A stretch of DNA of 64,000 nucleotides from the human T2T-CHM13v2.0 reference genome, Homo sapiens, in the NCBI RefSeq assembly GCF_009914755.1, contig NC_060942.1. One strand, written 5' to 3'. A program made the position numbers and the translations under genes. This document shows, piece after piece, positions 12,176 to 24,969 of the stretch. Numbering within the stretch: position 1 is the stretch's first letter; each line of letters starts with the position of its first letter. Under the pieces are notes generated by a model. That model did not search any database. It saw only the letters and a program-made list of their open reading frames with translations, and was not told the DNA's origin.

Positions 12176-14186
12176 CACTATCACCTCTCAACGGAAAAAC
12201 TGATAGGCAGAAATAAATAGCTAATAGATGCCAGATGTAAAAATACCAGTTTATCCATAGCAACAAATCACAATACATATGTTTTTGTCATTTTAATCAT
12301 TATTAATATATCATTGCATTGGTAAAAATTCCAAAATAAATTGTGAAATACAGAGACATAGATGATTAAAATGGTAGGGAAGAGGACACATTACTTGACT
12401 GTTTTGAGAGTGAAATTTTCCGGGAAAAGGCACTCATCTTTTCTGTGATTTTATTTTCTGACCTTGTAGACTATTTCTGATTTTTACATTACTACAAAAT
12501 AAAACCAGGATTTATGTTTATTATTTACATAGCTGCTTTATGTAGTTTTGATAGTTATCTTTTTGTTGTTGTTGTTAGCCTATGGGAAGGAAGAGTTTGG
12601 AAGGCCCGGAGGAATTCTTGTGGGTGCTAAGTGACTCTTCTGTTTATATATGTTCTCATTCTATGATTTTGCTTGAAAACCTAATGTCTTGGAACTTACA
12701 TATAAATTTTAATAACATAGTTAGACAAGAGCTTAATAGTATTTACACAGCAGTCTGCTTCATTTTTTAAATCTAAAATTATAATGCAATTCAGCAGAAA
12801 AAAATGTCTATTTGAAGTCAGGAATAAATTCCTTGACTACTCAGTGTAACAAATGTTAAAAAAAAAAGTCACATTTGTCCTTAAGTCCTTCAACTTTATC
12901 CTGTGAGATTTTTATTTAAATCATCAGTAATCTTCATCACATTTACTTTTCCAACTTTTATATTGTTAAAGAGGTTAGGTAGGCTTTTATCTCTTCGTTT
13001 TAAATGAATCTTGAAAAATGCAACCATAAATAGCTTTGTAAAGTTCATATAGTTTTAGAACACCTATTAGAAACTAATAATAAACATATTTATTAGATAT
13101 TTTTTAAGTTACTATAGCTAATTACTCTAAATTGAGTCTAAAATTTCTGAATGGTGTATTATAGGAACTGATGAACTTAATTGGCTCTAAAAAGCTCCCA
13201 CAGGTAGTACATGACTTTTATGAAGAAGAAATAAAACACACAGAACTAATAATTTATCAGCTCTCTGTTTAGAAAAATAAGAGCATGAAAAGTCTTTTCT
13301 CTCTAATGCATGAGAAGTTTTAACAAGAATATTATGTTAATAGGAAGCAGTTAAGTTTTTTATTAGCTCATATCCAATTCAGTTTTTCAGATTTTCCCCA
13401 CATATTGATCATTCCACTTAGATCTTTCTTTACCAATGCAGTGATAGCACACTTGTAACTAAATGAAATTAGCCCTTAGAAATGATTATACCTTTTCAGT
13501 CAGCAAATATGGAATTTCATACTTATCTACCTGCTTTAAAGTCAAAAAAGAAATACAAATTCTAGATCCATACAAACTTTGGATAAATGAAGACAGATAA
13601 AATATGGCAAGTTGCCCTAGCCATTTGTGAAAAAGGTGTTCTTACTTGATCTGTAAACAAATAGAAATTCATTACTATATAGCTTGAAAAAGACAAATTA
13701 CCCAGAATTTACGGGAGAGTAATTTATTTCCTTTAAGTCATGATAATGAATCTCCATTATCCACCATTTTTACTTTACCCTCAGACCTCAGAAATTGCAA
13801 CAATGATTATAGGCTTTAGTGAAAAATGTTTCCCATTTTCTTTCTTTGATTCTCTTACACATTAGGAAATGGGATTCTCTTTGAGCTTATCTTTGTTGAG
13901 TAGAGGATTTTAGAGATGAATGTGCCATATGTTAACATTATTTCTAAAAGTTATTCTGTTATTATATTATTACTAAATTCTGGAGGAAGAGGTAAAAAAG
14001 GTTAACAATTCTCAATTTAAAAGCACATTACATTTCATTACATTGTCTTTTGATTTCATTTTCTTTAAAATTTGAAATATATTTCCTTGTAGAAGGGATA
14101 TTACAAATAGTTTATTATAGTAACTTGCTGCCCAGTTAAAACCAGAAAGGCTCACTCCATAATGTAGCCAACCTATAAATATATAG

Positions 14187-14541
<355 letters not shown>

Positions 14542-14564
14542 TCTTTCTTTTTTTTAACCAACCG

Positions 14565-15130
14565 GCATAGCCCAGTACCTCTTTTAAATAAATGCCTATA
14601 AAGAAACTCTCATGTCTATACATGCTGAGATATGTCTATGGGTGTTAAATCCAGCAGTGTCGTGGTGCCAAAATCTTGGAAACTACCCAAGGGTCTATTA
14701 ATAGGTGAAAGGAACTAGATCAATGTTACATATATATTTATTTATACATACAAAGTTGAATATTTATATAATGGAGTATTGTACGGCCTTTAAAATAAAT
14801 AAAGTGTATCTACATGTACCAACATGTATATTAGGGCATATTGGAGAGAGGAATAAAACAGTTTGCATAAAAATATGTATAACATAATAAAATATAATAT
14901 ATAAATATAATTTAGGTAATGTTTGAAACCACCTAAAGTGGTACGTATTGTGGATCAATATGTATACATGCTGAAAAAGTTTATATGCACTATGGTAAGA
15001 ATGCACACTCACTTAGGATAGTGTTCCTCTCTAGAAAGGAAGAGGGACAAAAGGAAGAGGGACAAATAAGTTTTAGATTGGAGGAGATAGGGTTTTAAAT
15101 ATCTCTGCATTCTTCACTTTTTAAAAATCT
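14565..15130 (+). mobile_element. L1ME-type 3' fragment
   Basis: ttggaaactacccaagggtctattaatagg...aatggagtattgtacggcctttaaaa. Confidence 0.6.
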
Positions 15131-15179
15131 CACCCTTTGAGGTAGTTTATGAGGTCAAAATGAAAAAATGTTAGTCTTT

Positions 15180-16235
15180 TTTATTGGGTTGACATTTGCA
15201 CAGATGGTACAAAAACAAGGTAAGACTGCTGGCACCTTAGCATGATTCAAGGCAGTGACACCCAGCTGTACCAGTAATCACACATATGCATCCACAGTAA
15301 AAAGTGCCAGATTCACTTCAAAATGCCATTTAAGCAGAATTAAAAAGTTCATTATATTACATGGCAAATCTCGAGTGCATATGCTTTTAATATTATGTGC
15401 AACAAAATGGGAAGTTTGCATAAAGTATTCTGCTGTACTGTGGAATAGGACATCTGTCTTGAGAAGAAGCACTTTTATGACTGAGTTGCAAGTTGAACGA
15501 ACTTTACATTTTTTTGAACACTTTTTTTACTTGTAAGAACAATTTGCAGACACACTATGATTATTCAGACTAGAGTATTATCAGACATCTTTTTTAACAT
15601 AAAGGTGAGCTTCTCATTATTTAGAAAAGCAAACATATATCAAGATGTTGCTTTTCTTAAAATTGTTGTCAAGGACAAAATTTTGCTTTTAAGAGAAAAT
15701 TTAAATTTTGGAAACCTTGTATCTGCCACAATGACATTTTCAGTTTTTCAATTCTTAGCACATTTTGTGATGAATAAGTGATGATAGAAACAGGATTTTA
15801 AAAATATATTATAATGAAATGTGTCAACGTTTAGGTCTCCATGTTATATAGATGTTATAAAATCCTGATGGAGAAAAACATCCATTCAAAAGGCAAAACT
15901 GATCAATGAACTTTAATGTAATCAAGCACATAACAAATTAAGCAAAGTTATTTGATATTATTTCAGATAACACATCACAACGAACCTTTAAGAAATTATT
16001 AATTGTCAAGTTTTGGTGTAGTATCAAAGAATATTCACAACTATCTAAAAAAAAGCTATTAAAATACTGCTGCTCCCTTTTCCAAGTGCTTGTCAATCAT
16101 ACCCCAATCGAAACGATAAATTGCAGTAAATTGAACACAGATATGAGAATCTATTAAGCTAAATGTTAAAGAGATTTGCAAACCAATGGTACTCTTCTAA
16201 AGCATTATTTTTTTATTTGGATAAACTACAGAAAA
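15180..16235 (+). mobile_element. hAT DNA transposon remnant (Charlie1-like)
   Basis: gacatttgcacagatggt...aagactgctggcaccttagcatgattcaaggcagtgacaccc is a decayed DICTDG..KTAG.LA.IKAVAP transposase motif; ttaaagagatttgcaaa near the 3' end. Confidence 0.85.
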
Positions 16236-16944
16236 TAAAGACTATTAAAAATTTTTTAATATGAAAAAAGAGTAAGAGAAAAGATAGGAAAAGAAAGGAA
16301 AGAGTGTCCAGGATCCCTTCCCATTTATAACCACAGACAACATCTTGATATATTTCATTTTAGACACTATGTTTCTTAGCTTGGACTTAAAAATGTTTGT
16401 TCTCCTTCCTCCTGAAGGTGTCTCCAGTAGCTGCCATCAATTGATTAGGGGAACAGACAGGGAATGATCCCGTTTTTCAAGCAAGCATGCCCACACGTGT
16501 TATAACCTCAGGTTAGAGTGATAGATGATAACTATGCATAGACCTGAGAAGCATGAATGTTGAGTATGGCAAACTCAATTTAACTAATTTGTGCTCGAGC
16601 ACATTAAATGAATTTAAAGCTTTACTCTGCAAACTTGCTACATATTTTTGCCACTACTCTCTTGCTATATATACTCTCAACTTGCACAGAGTGTCCGGAG
16701 AGTATCCCACACGACTCCCTTCTGTCTTTTCATGCATTTTTCCATCTCTATAGCACATTGACTCTTCTTACTATCTCCTCCCCCGCCCTGCCTCACATAT
16801 TCCTCACTTACACTTTCCACACACACACTTTCTTTGTAGTCAGGGAAATCTTCATAGACTCCTTTTCTTTCATTCCTTCTAGGCTTCCAGAGGCTCATTA
16901 CGGGTGGGGGAAGAGGATTGGTGTTTTCCTTTGTTTCATACCCA

Positions 16945-17050
16945 AAAGGGGAAGGTAGGTAGAAAAGGAATCCACGAGGGAGGGAGGGAGAGAGGGAGAA
17001 GGGAAGGGAGGAAAAGAGGAAAGGAAGGAGAGAAAGAAGAAGGCAAAGAA
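16945..17050 (+). repeat. Purine-rich low-complexity tract with six GGG runs
   Basis: gggagggagggagagagggagaagggaaggg at 16978-17008. Confidence 0.85.
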
Positions 17051-17889
17051 TTTTAAAAATCACAATTTAAAAAGGACAAAAATTCCTTTATTGATTCCTG
17101 AATGGGGAGGAGTAAGAATGGATGTTCAATCCTTTCACACACTTTGTTGAGTGGGACACTTTGCCACCTAGCAGAGGAGAGTAGAAGTTTTTTCCCTATT
17201 ATCTCTTAGGTGAAGAGGAACTAGAAACTCCAATTTGATATTGCATCCTGTGCACCAAGCAGTGTGAACTTAGCAGGAAGGTACCTTTCTCAAACATTTC
17301 CAATCTATCATTACTATCTAGATCCTAGTGAAGGGGAGATTTCTGGAGGGGGTTGACCACAGCTATTCTACTTCTGAAATAGTTCTTTCTTCCTCCATGG
17401 TCTAATGCATCATACAGCAAGCTTTTCCTTTTCCTCCACTCTATCTGGTTTTTTTTTTTTTCACCTCTATAGTACCTTGATTTCTTCATTACTGTCCTTG
17501 CATTGAAGTCTGCCAAGGAAAGCATGCCAAGTTCCCCACCATTTTCATGGGTTGATGGGTGGGCAGCCTCAGGAGGCTCATGGCACCCCTCCTCTTCACT
17601 GTCGTTTTCTTTCTCACCCTGTGTTTCTAGCATAATGGGAGCCTCTTTATAGATCCATTTGGAAGGCTATTTGTTGACACTGTTTGACGGTTAATATAAG
17701 GATTCTTGACGTAACAATTTATGAAGTAAATCATTTATTTTTACTCTTGCTCCTATGGCATTATGTTGTGTATTCTTTGTCTTGCAATTAAATATTCTTA
17801 AAAGCAATAAACCATGTCTTCTTACCAAAACTCCACGAGGGTACAAATTCAACTATAGCCTCCTTAGTAATAGGTAGTAATTTTCTTTT

Positions 17890-18473
<584 letters not shown>

Positions 18474-18894
18474 TATATATCATGTATGTGATTGTTGAGT
18501 GTTGAGTATATAAATGGTCCTGAGACTTTGGTATGTCATCCCAAAGCTTTGAGGTTTGCAGCAAGCAGGTCAATTTACGAATGATTTACTTTCAAGCTAC
18601 TTTTACTCACTTCTAAGCTAATTAAAGTTCATCTACATTATATTGTTCTCTCTTGTTCAGGTTCCAATAAACTTTTCTGATGGAAAGAAAAAGAACTGAG
18701 TTAGTAGCCTTGATGATAATTGAACCTAACCTTGAATATTGCCAAACAGGCAGTATCTCACTGGAAATATCATCTATTTGGGGGTCTGTGGCAGAAAAGT
18801 AATTGAGAGTTACTGCTTGAACTAATGGAACTAACGGATAGAAGTTCTATGTGATATATGATGAGCCCTTATTATTCATTATGGTAATTGGTTT

Positions 18895-19002
18895 TATAAG
18901 TGTCTTTCTTCCCTACTAGATTGTAAACTCTATGAGGACAAACTTGGATGTCTTGTTCATCATGATATCCTGGTACATAATTGTTGAATACATGGATGAA
19001 TG
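18895..19002 (+). mobile_element. L2 3' end
   Basis: ctactagattgtaaactctatgagg...ttgttgaatacatggatgaatg. Confidence 0.7.
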
Positions 19003-20015
19003 TACAGCAAAAATAAAACAGTGGTGTAGTATATTTCAAAATGTGCTATTTTAATAGTTAAAATCAGAGCAGTAGAACTGGCATTTCAGTTTTCCTGCAA
19101 GTGATTTGGCTGTGTAGCCTTGGCTGTTTGCGTGAATTAAATGTTGCAGAAAAAAATCTTCCAAACCCTTAAAAATAATGTACTTATTTATTATCTATTT
19201 ATTTATTTTTGCTTTTTTTTTCCATCCAAGTTGGAATACATATTAAGAAGAAATTAAAAACGTCTGAGAAACCTTACTAAAAATGGTGAGCTGTTTTCCT
19301 CCTTGAAATGTAAATAAATGTTAATTTCTGAGAAATTAACACAAAACCTTGAGTTTAGACTAAAAGTGAATTGCAATATACAACAGGTCCTTGAATGACA
19401 TTTTGTTGTAACGTTGATGAGAAAAATAATCAATTTCTTCTGGGGCCACTGTCTGTTTGGAGTTTGCACATTCTCCTCATGTCTGCATGGGTTTTCTTCA
19501 GATCATCTGGTTTGCTCCCATATCCCGAAGCCATGCACATTTGGTGAATTGGCATGTGTATATTGTGTCATTGGCATGAGGGTGTGTGTGTGTGTGAGTG
19601 TGCCCTGCAATGGAACAGCATCATCCTGTCCAGGGCTGGATCCTGCATTGCACCCTGAAGTGACCCTGAACTGGAAAAAGTGGGTTGGAAAATCAATGAA
19701 TGAATACAGATGATTGTAAAATAATAATTCATAAAGTATAAGATAATCATACAAATGCAGCAATAAATGATACAGGAGAAAAGAGCTCAGAGAGCCCACC
19801 ATTTTTTTTTATTATACTTTAAGTTCTGGGGTACATGTGCAGAATGTGCAGTTTTGTTACAAAGGTATACACGTGCTGTGGTGGTTTGCTGCACTCATCA
19901 ACCCACCACCTACGTTAGGTATTTCTCCTAAGGCTATCCCTCCCCTAGCCCCCCAACCCCCAACAGGCCTCAAGAATGTGGTGTTCCCCTCCCTGTGTCC
20001 ATTTGTTCTCCTTGT

Positions 20016-23000
20016 TCAACTCTCACTTATGAGTGAGAACATGTAGTGTTTGGTTTTCTATTCTTGTGACAGTTTGCTGAGAATGATGGTTTCCAGCTTC
20101 ATCCATGTCCCTGCAAAGGACATTAATTCGTCCTTTTTATGGCTGCATAGTATTCCATGGTGTATATGTGCCACATTTTCTTTATCCAGTCTATCATTGA
20201 TGGATATTTGGGTTGGTTCCAAGTCTTTGCTATTGTGAATAGTGCCACAATAAACATCGGTGTGTGCATGTGTCTTTATAGTAGAATGGTTTATAATCCT
20301 TCGGGTATATATCCAGTAATGGGATTGCTGGGTCAAATGGTATTTCTAGTTCTAGATCCTTGAGGAATCGCCACACTGTCTTCCACAATGGTTGAACTAA
20401 CTTACACTCCCACTAGCAGTGTAAAAGCATTCCTATTTCTCCACATCCTCTCTAGCATCTGTGGTTTCCTGACTTTTTAATGATTGCCATTCTAACTGGT
20501 GTGAGATGGTATCTCATTGTGGTTTTGATTTGCATTTAGCTAATGACCAGTGATGATGAGCATTTTTTCATATGTTTTTTGACTGCATAAAGGTCTTCTT
20601 TTGAGAAGCATTTGTTCATATCCTTTGCCCGCTTTTTGATGGGGTTGTTTGTTTTTTTCTTGTAAATTTGTTTAAGTTCTTTGTAGATTATGGATATTAG
20701 CCCTTTGCCAGATGGATAGATTGTTAAAATTATCTCCCATTATGTAGGGTGCCTGTTCACTCTGCTGATAGTTTCTCTTGCTGTGCAGAAGCTCTTGAGT
20801 TTAATTTGATACCAGTTGTCAATCCTGGCTTTTGTTGCCATTGGTTTTGGTTTTTAGACATGAAGCCTTTGCCCATGCCTATGTCCTGAATGGTATTGCC
20901 CAGGTTTTCTTCTAGGATTTTTATGGTTTTAGGTCTTACATTTAAGTCTTTAATCCATCTTGAGTTGATTTTTGTATAAGGTATAAGAAAGGGGTCCAGT
21001 TTCAGTTTTCTGCATATGGCTAGCCAGTTTTCCCAACACCATTTATTAAATAAGGAATCTTTTCCCCATTGCTTGCTTTTGTCAGGTTTGTCAAAGATCA
21101 GATGGTTGTAGATGTGTGGTGTTATTTCTGAGGCCTCTGTTGTGTTCCATTGGTCTATATATCTGTTTTGGTACCAGTAACATAATGTTTTGGTTACTGT
21201 AGCCTTGTAGTATAGTTTAAAGTCAGGTAGCATGATGCCTCCAGCTTTGTTCTTTTTGCTTAGTATATTGTCTTGGCTATGTGGGCTCTTTTTTGGTTCC
21301 ATATGAAGTTTAAAGTAGTTTCTTCCAATTCTGTGAAGAAAGTCAGTGGTAGCTTGATGTGGATAGCATTGAATCTATAAATTACTTCGGGCAGTATGGG
21401 CATTTTCACAATATTGATTCTTCCTATCCATGAGCATGGAATATTTTTCCATTTGTTTGTGTCCTCTCTTATCTCCTTGAACAGTGATTTGTAGTTCTCC
21501 TCGAAGAGGTCTTTCACATCCCTTGTAAGTTGTATTCCTAGGTATTTTATTCTCTTTGTAGCGATTGTGAATGGGAGTTCACTCATGATTTGGCTTTCTG
21601 TCTATTATTGGTTTATAGGAATGCTTGTGATTTTTGCACATTAATTTTGTATCCTGAGACTTTGCTGAAGTTGCTTATCAGCTTAAAGAGATTTTGGGCT
21701 GAGACTATGGGGTTTTCTAAATATACAATCATGTCATCTGCAAACAGAGACAATTTGACTGCCTCTCTTTCTATTTGAATACCCTGTATTTATTTCTCTT
21801 GCCTGATTGCCCTGGCCAGAACTTCCAATATTATGTTGAATAGGAGTGGTGAGAGAGGGCATCCTTGTCTTGTGCTGGTTTTCAAAGGAAATGCTTCCAG
21901 TTTTTGGTCATTCAGTATGATATTGGCTGTGGGTTTGTCATAAATAGCTCTTATTATTTTGAGACATGTTCCATTGATACCTAGTTTATTGAGAGTTTTT
22001 AGCATGAAGGAGTGTTGAATTTTGTTGAAGGCCTTTTCTGTATCTATTGAGATAATCACGTGGTTTTTGTCATTAGTTCTGTTTATGTGATGGATTATGC
22101 TTATTGATTTGTGTGTTTTGCGTATGTCCAGCCTTGCATCCCAGGTATGAAGCCAACTTGATTGTGGTGGATAAATTTTTGATGTACTGCTGCACTCAGT
22201 TTGCCAGTATTTTGTTGAGGATTTTCACATTGATGTTCATCAGGGATATTGGCCTGAAATTTTCCTTTTTTGTTGTGTCTCTGTCAGGTTTTGGTATCAG
22301 GATGATGCTAGCCTCATAAAATGAGTTAGGGAGGATTCCCTCTTTTTCTGTTGTTTGGAATACTTTCAGAAGGAATGGTACCAGCTCCTCTTTGTGCTTC
22401 TGGTAGAATTTGGCTGTGAATCCATCTGGTCCTGGACTTTTTTTAGTTGGTAGGCTATTAATTACTGCCTCAATTTCATAACTTGTTTTTGGTCTATTCA
22501 GGGATTCGACTTCTTCCTGGTTTAGATTTGGGAGGATGTATGTGTCCAGGAATTTATCCGTTTCTTCTAGGTTTTCTAGTTTATTTGTGTAGAGGTGTTT
22601 ATAGCATTCTCTGATGGTAGTTTGTATTTCTGTTGTATTAGTGGTGATATCCCCTATATCATTTTTTACTGCGTCTATTTGATTCTTCTCTCTTTTCTTT
22701 ATTAGTCTGGCTAGTGGTCTATCTATTTTGTTGATCTTTTCAAAAAAACCGCTCCTGGATTCATTGATCTTTTGAAGGGTTTTTCGTGTCTCTATCTCCT
22801 TCAGTTCTGCTCTGATCTTAGTTATTTCTTGTCTTCTGCTAGCTTTTGAATTTGTTCGCTGTTGCTTCTCTACTTCTTTTAATTGTAATGTTAGGGTGTC
22901 CATTTTAGATCTTTCCTGCTGTCTCTTGTGGGCATTTAGTGCTATAAATTTCCCTCTACACACTGCTTTAAATGTATCCCAGAGATACTGGTACATTGTG

Positions 23001-23864
23001 TCTTCGTTTTCATTGGTTTCAAAGAACATCTTTATTTCTGCCTTCATTTCGTTATTTGCCCAGAAGTCATTCAGGAGCAGGTTGTTCAGTTTCCATGTAG
23101 TTGTGTGGTTTTGAGTGAGTTTCTTAATCCTGAGTTCTAATTTGATTGCACTGTGGTCTGAGAGACTGTTTGTTATGATTTTAGTTCTTTTGCATTTGCT
23201 GAGGAGTGTTTTACTTCCAATTATGTGGGCAATTTTAGAATAAGTGCTATGTGGTGCTGAGAAGAATGTATATTCTGTTGATGTGAGGTGGAGAGTTCTG
23301 TAGATGTCTATTAGGTCCACTTGGTACAGTGCTGAGTTCAAGTCCTGAATATCCTTGTGAATTTTCTCTCTCGTTGATCTGTCTAATATTGACAGTGGGT
23401 GTTAAAGTCTCCCACTATTATTGTGTGGGAGTCTAAGTCTCTTTGTGGGTCTCTAAGAACTTGCTTTATGAATCTGGGTGTTCCTGTATTGGGGGCACGT
23501 ATATTTAAAATAGTTTGCTCTTCTTGCTGCATTGATCCCATTACCATTATGTAATGCCCTTCTTTGTCTCTTTTGATCCTTGTTGGTTTAAAGTCTGTTT
23601 TATCAGAGATTAGGATTGGAATCCCTGCTTTTTTGTTTTGTTTTGTTTTTTTGTTTTTTGCTTTCCATTTGCTTGGTAGATGTTCCTCCATCCCTTTATT
23701 TTGAGCCTATGTGTGTCTTTGCATGTGAGGTGGGTCTCCTGAAGTCAGCACACTGATGGGTCTTGACTCTTTATCCAGTTTGCCAGTCTGTGTCTTTTAA
23801 TTGGGGCATTTAGCTCATTTACATTTAAGGTTAATATTGTTATGTGTGAATTTGGTCCTGTCAT
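20016..23864 (-). pseudogene. Disrupted L1 ORF2 (endonuclease/reverse transcriptase)
   Basis: Starts MTGPNSHITILT at 23864. EN motifs (IIVGDFNT; [11 protein letters not shown] in ORF 22196-23341) and RT motifs ([13 protein letters not shown]; SLFADDM near 21740). Split into several ORFs by stops and frameshifts. Confidence 0.95.
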
Positions 23865-23927
23865 TATTATGTTAGCTAGTTGTTTTGCCCTTTAGTTGAT
23901 GCAGTTTCCTCATAATGTCAATATTCT

Positions 23928-24969
23928 TTACAATTTGATATGTTTTTGCAGTGGCTGGTACTGGTTATTCCTTTCCATGTTTAGTACTTTCTTCAGGAGC
24001 TCTTGTAAGGCAGGCCTGGTGGTGACAAAGTCTCTCAGCATTTGCTTGTCTGTAAAGGATTTTATTTCTCCTTCGGTTATGAAGCTTAGTTTGGCTGGAT
24101 ATGGAATTCTGGGTTTTTCTTTAAGAATGTTGAATATTGGTCCCACTCTCTTCTGGCTTGTAGGGTTTCTGCTGAGAGATCCACTGTTAGTCTGATGGGC
24201 TTCCCTTTATGGGTATTAGTCTGATGGGCTTCCCTTTATGGGTAACCCAACCTTTCTCTCTGGCTACTCTTAACATTTTTTCCTTCATTTCAACCTTGGT
24301 GAATCTGACAATTATGTGTCTTGGGGTTGCTCTTCTCGAGGAGTATCTTTGAGGTGTTCTCTGTATTTCCTGAATTTTAATGTTTGCCTGTCTTGTTAGA
24401 TTGGGGGAGTTCTCCTGGATAATACCCTGAAGAGTGTTTTCCAATTTGGTTCCATTCTCCTCATCACGTTCAGGTACACCAATCAAACATAGGTTTGTTC
24501 TTGTCTCATAGTCCCATATTTCTTGGAGGCTTTGTTCATTCCTTTTTATTCTTTTTTCTCTAATCTTGCCTTCTCTCTTTATTTCATTAAGTTGATCTTC
24601 AATCACTGAATCCTTTCTTCCACTTGATCGATTTGGTTATTGATACTTGTGTATTCTTCGTGAAGTTCTCATGCTGTGTTTTTCAGCTCCATCAGTTCAT
24701 TTATGTTCTTCTCTACACTGGTTATTCTAGTTAGCAATTCATCTGACCTTTTTTCAAGGTTCTTAGCTTCCTTGCATTGGGTTAGAACATGCTCCTTTAG
24801 ATTGGAGAGTTTGTTATTACCCATCTTCTGAAGCCTACATCTGTCAGTTCATCAAACTCATTCTCTGTCCAGTTTTGTTCCCTTGCTGGTGAGGAGTTGT
24901 GATCCTTTGGAGGAGAAGAGGCATTCTGGTTTTGGAATTTTCAGCCTTTTTGCTCTGGTTTTTCCCCAT
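23928..24969 (-). pseudogene. Disrupted L1 ORF1
   Basis: Starts MGKNQSKK at 24969. ORFs 24187-24606 (RATPRHIIVRFTKVEMKEK) and 23928-24146 (YPAKLSF..EGEIKSF); frameshifted by a 29-bp duplication. Confidence 0.93.

Noticed and set aside
15035-15064. 15-bp tandem duplication aaaggaagagggaca (a similar 19-bp-period one lies at 37422-37457)
   Set aside because: Ordinary short slippage duplications inside old L1 sequence.
16677-17063. 128-aa ORF with a signal-peptide-like N-terminus
   Set aside because: The hydrophobic start is the reverse complement of a purine low-complexity tract, the start codon is non-ATG, and I see no recognisable domain.
17325-17633. ORF containing LADFNAR, similar to the LINE endonuclease GDFNAR motif
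   Set aside because: Single short motif with no other recognisable APE motifs; cannot be supported without a profile search.
22196-23341. 381-aa ORF, the longest in the window
   Set aside because: Fragment of L1 ORF2 in a disrupted L1PA element, not a host gene.
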